Assembly (NCBI GenBank): GCA_963693365.1
Contig: CAVNZM010000002.1
Coordinates: forward strand, 3,054,259-3,118,258
From: Amoebidium appalachense
Lineage: Eukaryota; Protista; Ichthyosporea
DNA length: 64,000 nt
Direction: 5' to 3'
Shown: one piece after another, positions 56,077-64,000 of the stretch
Layout of the letters: each line of letters starts with the position of its first letter
Numbering within the stretch: position 1 is the first letter of the stretch
Program-made: the position numbers and the translations under genes
Notes under the pieces: model-generated
Seen by the model: only the letters and a program-made list of their open reading frames with translations
Told to the model about the DNA's origin: nothing
Database searches by the model: none

Positions 56077-56302
56077 CCTCTCTCTCCCTCCCCCCCCCCC
56101 TCCCCCCCCCCCAACCCCCGCCCTTCTCTATCCGCTCCGCCCCCGCTCTCTCTATCTCACCCTCCCCCCCCCCCTCCTCCCCCCCCCCCCAAACACCCAA
56201 CCCGGACGTTTCCAATAATCTTCGTTCTATATCCCCGGCTGAGACTCTACTAAGCTATATGTAGTAAATTCCTCTGTGTTTCAGGCTGTTGAAGGGAAGT
56301 GA
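55668..56302. repeat. Recent tandem duplication of ~318 bp (55668-55985 and 55986-56302)
   Basis: gagtcgacacagagag...aaacacccaacccggacgtttccaataatcttcg...gtttcaggctgttgaagggaagtga occurs twice and is nearly identical apart from simple-repeat lengths. Confidence 0.9.
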
Positions 56303-56426
56303 TTCAAAAAAAAAAGTTTTTTTCTGTTTGCCCTAGCAGGTGCAGGAGTGTGTCTGGCCCGATAAAATATAACCTATATGCATGGCCTGCCAGGGCCAAC
56401 CACATCGGCTGAGTCTACTTGCTCCG

Positions 56427-56723
56427 AGCAGAACTGTTCTGTATTTTTCTGCAAAAAGCAAAACGATTCTGCAAGAGCAGATTTATTCAGCAAAAGCAGG
56501 ATTATTCTGCAAAAGCAAAATCCACTCACAAAAAAGCAGAGTTATTCTGCAAAAGCCAAAAGATTCTGGGAAAAGCGGAATCATTCTGCAAAAGCAGAAT
56601 TATTCTACAAAAGCAGAATTACTTTGCTTTAGGCAGAATCACTCTGCTTTTAGCAGATTTATCCTGCAAACAGCACAATCCTTTCGCAAAACAGAATTAT
56701 TCCGCGTTCGACAGCAGAATTCA
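56427..56723. repeat. Array of ~19-bp palindromic units GCAGAATTATTCTGC-AAAA, roughly 14 degenerate copies
   Basis: Units such as gcaggattattctgcaaaa, gcagagttattctgcaaaa, gcggaatcattctgcaaaa and gcagaattattctacaaaa, read directly. Confidence 0.85.
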
Positions 56724-57830
56724 CTACGTGCTTAGTCTTTCAGGCTTGGTATATTCCGTAGCTTACGTATACGGCCAGCCTACTACGCCGCGGGACACTG
56801 CAGACCACATACAAAGTACATGTCAGTCTAAAAGAGGCCGTAGGGAGACAGCATTCAAAGCGACTACTGCATAAGCTAGCGGTACAAGCCTTTGCATCTA
56901 GATCTTGTAACAGTTGCAATTCCCTTGGCATTGGTTCTGGCTTATCTTGATGCAACCGTGAACATTGATTGTTCCAGGCCCCACTATCTGTACATTTATT
57001 TGTTGACGGTAGCCTTCACTTAAATCACTGTTTCACATCATACTGATCATTCCCAGAGTAGATTATATTCCCTTTTGGTGCATAGTAGATGGCTCAGTGT
57101 GTGGCCTATTGGCAATATAAATATTGTCTAGTCTTGTCATATAAAAGCTTTAAATGCATACGTACGTAGACGAAATTTTTTGTGTGCTTATCGTGTTTCC
57201 GTGGAACAGTCATGCACTTGAAATGTGATGCAGCATCTGCATGTCCGGGGGATCAATTTTTGAATTGAGGTGATTCGCTGACATTACAAGATTGTAGACG
57301 ATGTTGTATACAGGCACGGTGATGAGATTTTGACTCATGAATGTTGGTCATTCTTATATATGCAATTTCCCCCTCTTTCCCCGGGCCCACCCCCGGCCCT
57401 CCCCATAGAGCTCCACTCCCCCCCCCTCCCCCTTCTCCACAGTCTTTCCTCTCCCCATCTCTCTCCCAGGCTCTCTCGGAGAATCTCTCCCTCTCTCCGC
57501 CCCTCTCCCCCCCCCTCTCTTTCTCCAATTGCAATAATCTCTCACTCACTCACTCACTCTCTCTCTCACTCACACACAGACACAAACACACAAACTCTCT
57601 CTTGCCCCCACCTACTCACTCGCCCACCCACCCACCCACCCACCCACCCTTTCTCTGAGGCTCTTTCTCTCCCTCTCTCTCTCCCTCCCTCCCTCCCTCC
57701 TCGTCCCCCCCCCCCCCTCTCTCCCTTCCCTCCCTCCCCATCTCTAACTCCTCCTAGAGCTCTAACTCTCTAACTCTCTCACTCTCTCTCTCTCTCTCAC
57801 ACACACACAGCTACCCCCCCCCCCCCCCTT

Positions 57831-57916
<86 letters not shown>

Positions 57917-58377
57917 CCTCTCTCTCTCTCTCCCCCCCTCTCCCCTCTCTCTCTCTCTCTCTCTCTCTCGCTCTCTCTCTCTCCCCCTCCCTCTCGGAGG
58001 CTCTCTCTCTCTATCTATCTCTCACTCTTCCCCCCCTCCCTCCCCACCCTTTCCCCCTCTCTGTTCTCTCTCTCTTTCTTTCTCAGCTCTCTTTTTATGG
58101 AAGACTACTACTACTACTATTTCCCTCGCACTCTCTCGAGCCCTCTCTTGCTCCATCTCTCTTCTGTGAACTCTCCCTCCCTCACTGAGCGCTCCCCCTC
58201 TCCCTCACCTTCTTCCCCTCGAGCTCTCCTCCCGCACCTCCCTCCATCTCGCTATCTGCCCCTCTCGACTTCCCCTCCCCCATTCCTCCTCATTATCCCC
58301 CCCCCCCCCCCTCCCCCTCCCCCCGGTCCCCCAATCCACCCCACCCCCCTTCGCGCGGTGGCGCGCAAGCGCGCGCG

Positions 58378-58467
<90 letters not shown>

Positions 58468-58507
58468 CACACGCACACGCACACGCACACGCACACACAC
58501 ACACACG

Positions 58508-58550
<43 letters not shown>

Positions 58551-59272
58551 ACACACACGACGCCGGCGCCTCCTCGAAATCCCGCAAAGTGCACTTGCCC
58601 TTCTCTCCACGTCATCGAATATATCATTCCCCCCTCACGGACTTGGCTCTCGATTTGCTCTCATCGAGCTGTTTTCTCTCCCCGCTAAGCTTCCCTCGCA
58701 CGTTCTTTCTTTCGTGGATTCCGTGCTCGACACACGTAAGCTGGCCGCTGATCACGTGCACAGCACAGTGCCGCGTCGTCGGTGCGTGCCATGGCACAAC
58801 TCGAAACCGGAAGGCGGCTCCGATTGGTTACGAGCGCACCATGATTTTGCGTGATTACCATATTTGTATTTTCAGTATTCAGATAAACCAATCAAAACTG
58901 AGAGAAATTGCTGAGCTTTGACCTCGTAAGCCTCCAGCGCAGTTCAATGTTAACGTTGACGCCATCATGCTCGGGCTACTCGGGCTGACATGGGCTGTAA
59001 ATGCAACGAGAACAAGTTCTATCCGGCAGTTTGGTGATTTTGTAATAGAGTTCAAAGCAGGTTTCTCTTTGAAGTCAGAAGGAAAAGAAAGGAAAAAAAC
59101 GAAACGGGTCCGTCCACGTTGAGTTTGCTTGGTTGTTTGCTGGTTTGGACGTTTTTTTGACGCAAGTGGGAAAAAGACTCGGAAGACCTTGCCGTTTGGT
59201 TTTCAATGCGTACCAAGCAAGGGCTCTATAAAAAAATTTGTTTTCCGAGTGTCGTTTCAAACGGTATTCATA

Positions 59273-60544
59273 ATGTCGGTGGTTGAACGCAGGTGTGGTG
59301 CGCTTTCCTTTGGCACCCGCACACTCATACGCAGTTTGCTGGTCGAGTTTCTTGGCACAGCCTTCTTCCTCTTCATCAACATCTCCACCCTCATGTCAAG
59401 TGGCATGCTGACACGCACCAGCGCCCCAGACCCAGCAGAAATCTTCGCTATTGCTGCCACGTTTGGTGTCTCCATCGCCCTCGTCGTTGCGTGCACTGCA
59501 CCTGTGAGCAGTGGGCACATCAACCCTGCCGTTACCCTTTCGCTGGTTCTCTTTGGCTACCATCCCCTTCTTCACGGGCTCCTCTACATCATAGCACAGG
59601 TGTGTGAGCTGTAAAACGAGTTTTGACACTTGCTTGTATGAACTTGATGAAACAGCACGAACTAACAGATCTAACGTGATTACAAACAAAGTCTGACAGT
59701 GTGTATGGCAGCATACACGGTGCTGCAGGCAGACCAGTGTGCCTTCTCCGGATGATTTTCTTTGAGGGTTCACTCAATAGTGACATTATATATATTAATT
59801 ATTTCAACTTGGCAAACTTTAAATTCCTTACAGGGGAGCCAGCTATTGTAGAATGTCACACTGAATCTTTAGGGCTCATCATTACCAAAAAATGACGACT
59901 TATTTGCAGATGGCCGGTGCTAGCATGGGTGCATTGCTCGCATCCGCTGGCCTTCCGACGGCAATTCATGGCAGCCTGGGCACAAACTCGGTGGCTCCTT
60001 CGCTCACTTATGCCCAGGCCATCGTTATGGAGGCATTCTGCACCAGCATTCTCACATTCACCGTCTTCTCTGTTATCGTAGACGTGACATCCAAGGAGAA
60101 AAACGGCTACTCGCACAACATGGCGGGGTGCTTGGCAGTCGGGGCAGCTGTCTTCTCGGCACACATGATTCTGATCCCTTTGACGGGCTGCAGCATCAAC
60201 CCTGCACGCAGCTTTGGGCCGGCACTGGTTTCGGGCAGCTGGAGCGACATGGCTGTGAGTGACCCCGTTGTCACTGTGTCCTGTTTGCTCGTGCGAGTAC
60301 ATGTATATACACATATTGTGTGCTATTCTGCTGATTGTGTTTTTGCCATCCGGATTAATTAATTCCCCTCCAACCCATAAAAACCCTTCACTTTCTCTTT
60401 TTCTCATATCGGATGATGTCTATTTTATTTGTGCGTGTTTGAGTGTCTCTGACTCTGAGTCTCTCTGAGTGTTGGGAGGAGCAGCTCGAGGAGGAGGGAG
60501 GGAGGGAGGGGAGGGGGGGGGGGGGGGGGGGGGGAGGGGGGGGG

Positions 60545-60579
<35 letters not shown>

Positions 60580-60940
60580 TCAAGCCTTGAACTAACGGAA
60601 CGTGTATCGTCGGAGTCTGAATCAAGGGGTTGCACGTCGACTCCGGAACCAAATATACACATGTGTGCATGCTGCGTGGCTGGGGTTGATACCCTGGGCA
60701 AAGTGTGTACATATAGTTAGGATTGTTATAATTGTGTTACGGGTTATCTAATAGCATCATAGCACTGACACCCTAGCTAGAGTACTGTCGGTGCTGGGTG
60801 GAAGACGGTAGTTCCCCCTGGGGGCCCCTGGGCCCCTAGGGGCACCTCCGGGAACAAAACGGGATAAAAAATAAAAAATAAAAAAAAACTTGCACGCTTG
60901 TCTCGCAGTGGTGCTGGTGGTGGTGACCATGACTAGCCCA

Positions 60941-60995
<55 letters not shown>

Positions 60996-61025
60996 TTTTT
61001 CTTTTTCTTTTTCCTTCCTTTTTTT

Positions 61026-61056
<31 letters not shown>

Positions 61057-61558
61057 GGGGGTGGAGGGGGAGGGTTGGTTGGTTGAATGCCGAATTGTAT
61101 GGCATACCACATTGTGGGCAATGCATACAGGGCCAGCCCACTGAACCATGTTTCTAAACGACCAGGTATTCTGGATAGGCCCTTGCATTGGCGGTGTCTG
61201 CGGGGCAGCCTTCTACGAGCTTAACCGAATCATTCTGACTATCTTTCGCACGAAACCCGATGAGAGTGGTCTCCGCAACAACCTATCTGATGCTGAGGAT
61301 GGGCTTCCAACCGTAACTGGAGAGCTTCCCCTCAAGAACCCCAAGCAAGGACCCAAGAAGGCCGCCAGCTACGAGCACGATGCTTTGTCTGTCGACGCCA
61401 ACAGCAATGCCACCCTAGGAGGCAGTGCTAGCCTCACAGCTTCGCTGGTGGGATTCCCACCTACCCCGGGAGCACGCAACAGAAACTTGCATGCTTCGAA
61501 CGTTGCCGGTAATGGTGGTGTGCGTAGGACTAGTGGCGACGGCAAACTTCCTGCATAA
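59273..61558 (+). CDS. Aquaporin (MIP family); exons 59273-59599, 59910-60254, 61166-61558
   Basis: EFLGT, SSGHINPAVT, YIIAQ/MAGA, EAFCTSIL, TGCSINPARSFGPAL and VFWIGP: both NPA boxes are present and the splice phases are consistent. Confidence 0.95.
60761..60888 (+). mobile_element. Poly(A)-tailed retroposon 3' end related to the 37379-37499 insert, in aquaporin intron 2
   Basis: ggaagacggta...cccctg...ccggga...aaacgggat-AAAAA matches the reverse complement of 37379-37453. 5' boundary approximate. Confidence 0.6.
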
Positions 61559-61862
61559 GTTAAATTGCACACAAAGTTACAGTACATGGTAGGTACATAT
61601 TGTCAAAGTTAGGAGAACAACCTATTTGAAGCTGCAATTCTCTGAGTCTCTCTGTTTTGCACTCCGCCTAGGCCTGTCGTCATATAATCCAGATACAGCA
61701 GAATCATTTGTGAAGTTATATATATCTCAAAGATCGAAAATCCGCCTCCATGGTGTGTACACACGGGTTATTTAGCATGTATCATTAAGTAACACCCAGA
61801 GGCAGCTGAACGGAACAGTCTGGCTGTTACTTAGAATCAAATGGCCAATCTGGCACCCACAG

Positions 61863-61895
<33 letters not shown>

Positions 61896-62106
61896 TTCTT
61901 TTTTTCCGTCGAAAGAGACTCCGAAGAAAATCCTCACCAAGCTTAATCCCCCCCCCCCCCCCCCCCCCCCCCCTCTATCCCCACCTCCCCACCCCCCAAA
62001 AAAAAAAAAAAAAAAAAAAAAAGGAGCCGCAAAGAGAAAATAAAAAAAGGAGAGAGAGAAATGAAAAGAAAGAGAAAAAGAGAGAGCTTTGAGGGAGAGA
62101 GAGAAT

Positions 62107-62146
<40 letters not shown>

Positions 62147-62191
62147 CAGGGGTAGACACACACACAGATGGAGAGAGGGAGGCGGGGGGAG

Positions 62192-62226
<35 letters not shown>

Positions 62227-62251
62227 CATAGGGGGGGGGGGGGGGGGGGGG

Positions 62252-62282
<31 letters not shown>

Positions 62283-63074
62283 CACAGCGTGTGCGAGAGA
62301 CAGAAAGAGACGGAGAGAGGACCCTGGGGGAGAGAGGGAGGGGAGAGGGAGGGAGGGACGGAGGGAAAGAGAGAGAGAGGGAGGGTATGAGGGGGAGAGA
62401 GGGAGGGAGGGATGGGAGAGAGATATCGTTGACACCAACAACGGCACGGGTGATGGCATGGATCCAATTCTATTTATTAGTTAGGTCGACTGACTCGCAA
62501 TTTAGAGTTATGGCTGCACCACCACAGCGCTAGCTTTGTCATTCAACAAGTGCTTCGTTACACACTATGAAATGAATTATTCTCTGACCCACCAATTCTG
62601 GCTCGAAGCTACACTTGCTCCTTCCCTCTATCACTAGTGGCACAACAAACAACAACACAACACAGCAGTGAAGAGAGATAAAAGGAAACAAGGGGGAAAG
62701 GTGGGAGGGGGGTGTCGAGGGGCAAAATAGTCGCTAACCTTTTCAAAAACTGCCTTTATCTTCAAGTTTTAGTTACTGTGCAGTGCAGATTAGCAAGCAT
62801 TCACAAATACATAACCCGAAAAGCTAAAACCCATACCACAACAAAATGCTCCCCCCCCCCCCCCCCCCCCCCCTTTCCCCTCCCTCTCCTCCTCCCCACC
62901 ATTTTCTAAACCCCGACGGAGAAGAGGACGACAGAGAGACAACAGAAAAGAAACCAACATCGGGGCTCATAAGAGAGTATATTGCAACAGTGTAGAGGCA
63001 CACTATCCTGTGACATCTTCGTCTCAAGGCACTGATGCCGCAGATCCAGCATTTCTCTTAGAAGGACGTGTCTG

Positions 63075-64000
63075 CTACACGCCAGAAGGAGCGCCTGTGG
63101 GGGACAAAAAAACATCAATTGGATGAACTCTCATATGTGCATGTGATACCCCGGGGGATGGGGGATGGGGGGTGGGGTGGGGTGGGGTGGAGTTTTTTTT
63201 CTTCTTTTTTTTCCTTTTTTTTTGGGGGGGGGGGAGGGAGGGGGGGGGGGGGGGGGGGGGGGGGAGGGGAGAAGGGGAGAAGGTGATGGTGGTGGTGGGG
63301 GTTGGGGGTGGGGGTGGGGGGTAGATATGAACAGTCTATCCCTACAACACAAAGGACGGGGAAAAATGCAAATCCAAGAGGATAAAAACCCAGATAAGGT
63401 GTGTGCGTGTGTGTAAAGGGGATTCGGGGGGGGGGGCTGCTTGCCTGCGGCCGGATCCTCGTGTCTTTCATCGACAGCAGTCATCGGCCCAGTGGAGAGG
63501 AGGGGCCCCCTACTCATTCTCCTACCCCCCTGATAGAACCTTGAGTGGCCGGGTGATGGCGGCATGGGTGGGCCCTGTTCTTGGGCTTGGTGGTAGCCTG
63601 CCATGCCTAAAGGCGGAAGCTGATTGGACGATCGGGGAAGATTATCCAAACTGTTACTGCGTGGATTGTCCGATCGGCTATTGGTGTTGTCATCCTCCGG
63701 TGCCCTTTGATCGTGATTGGCGAATTCAGGATTGCTCCTGCTTTCCGCCTCTGTCGATCTGCGATCCGATCGACTTTCCAAATCTCGTTCCCTACCGTAA
63801 GTTGGCAGCGGCGGACCTGACTGGTGCGTGATTTCATGCTCGCCTACCCCATTTTCGCGATCCTCTTGGACAGAAACCGAAGAAAAGGCCGTGTAATCGA
63901 GGGAACCGCTTCGCCGTTGATATGAGTGATGTGACTTGGGTGATGGCTGGTGAGATCGTGATTGCTGATACGATCCGGGACCGTAATTTGGTCCCTGGCC
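63075..64000 (-). CDS. 3' end of an uncharacterised Ser/Pro/Arg-rich protein (5' part outside window); exons >64000-63445 and 63094-63075
   Basis: Open frame from the window edge (GQGPNYGPGSYQQSRSH...RHEDPAA), then AG|GCAAGC (GC donor), acceptor ttttgtcccccacag and a short terminal exon GAPSGV*. Confidence 0.55.

Noticed and set aside
56740-57130. Coding-like minus-strand stretch
   Set aside because: It has multiple stop codons and no recognisable family motif, so it cannot be supported even as a pseudogene.

Overview
Intron-rich eukaryotic genomic DNA. Introns and intergenic regions are packed with (CA)n/(GT)n, (CT)n and poly(C)/poly(G) tracts, so most ORFs in the supplied track are low-complexity artefacts. 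The style suggests a unicellular eukaryote, possibly a holozoan such as an ichthyosporean, but the sequence alone cannot prove this. Genes rebuilt by hand from splice junctions: the 3' part of an ankyrin-repeat gene, a 21-exon SPB1/FTSJ3 rRNA methyltransferase, a PX-domain protein, a TLC-like multi-pass membrane protein, an aquaporin and the 3' end of a low-complexity protein. Two genes are intronless and look bacterial: a secreted PL6 (chondroitinase B/alginate lyase-like) polysaccharide lyase and an IPNS-like 2OG-Fe(II) dioxygenase. They flank a transposon-rich block (about 33.9-39 kb). The most unusual signal is a dispersed retroposon-like family with 6 copies. The copies have variable 5' ends and a common 3' end that always runs straight into a poly(C) tract with no poly(A) tail. 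The family carries a ~160-nt RNA fold supported by compensatory changes between copies. Also present: a LINE remnant interrupted by a TSD-flanked snap-back palindrome, splice sites built from microsatellites, intronic echoes of exon ends and two minisatellite arrays.
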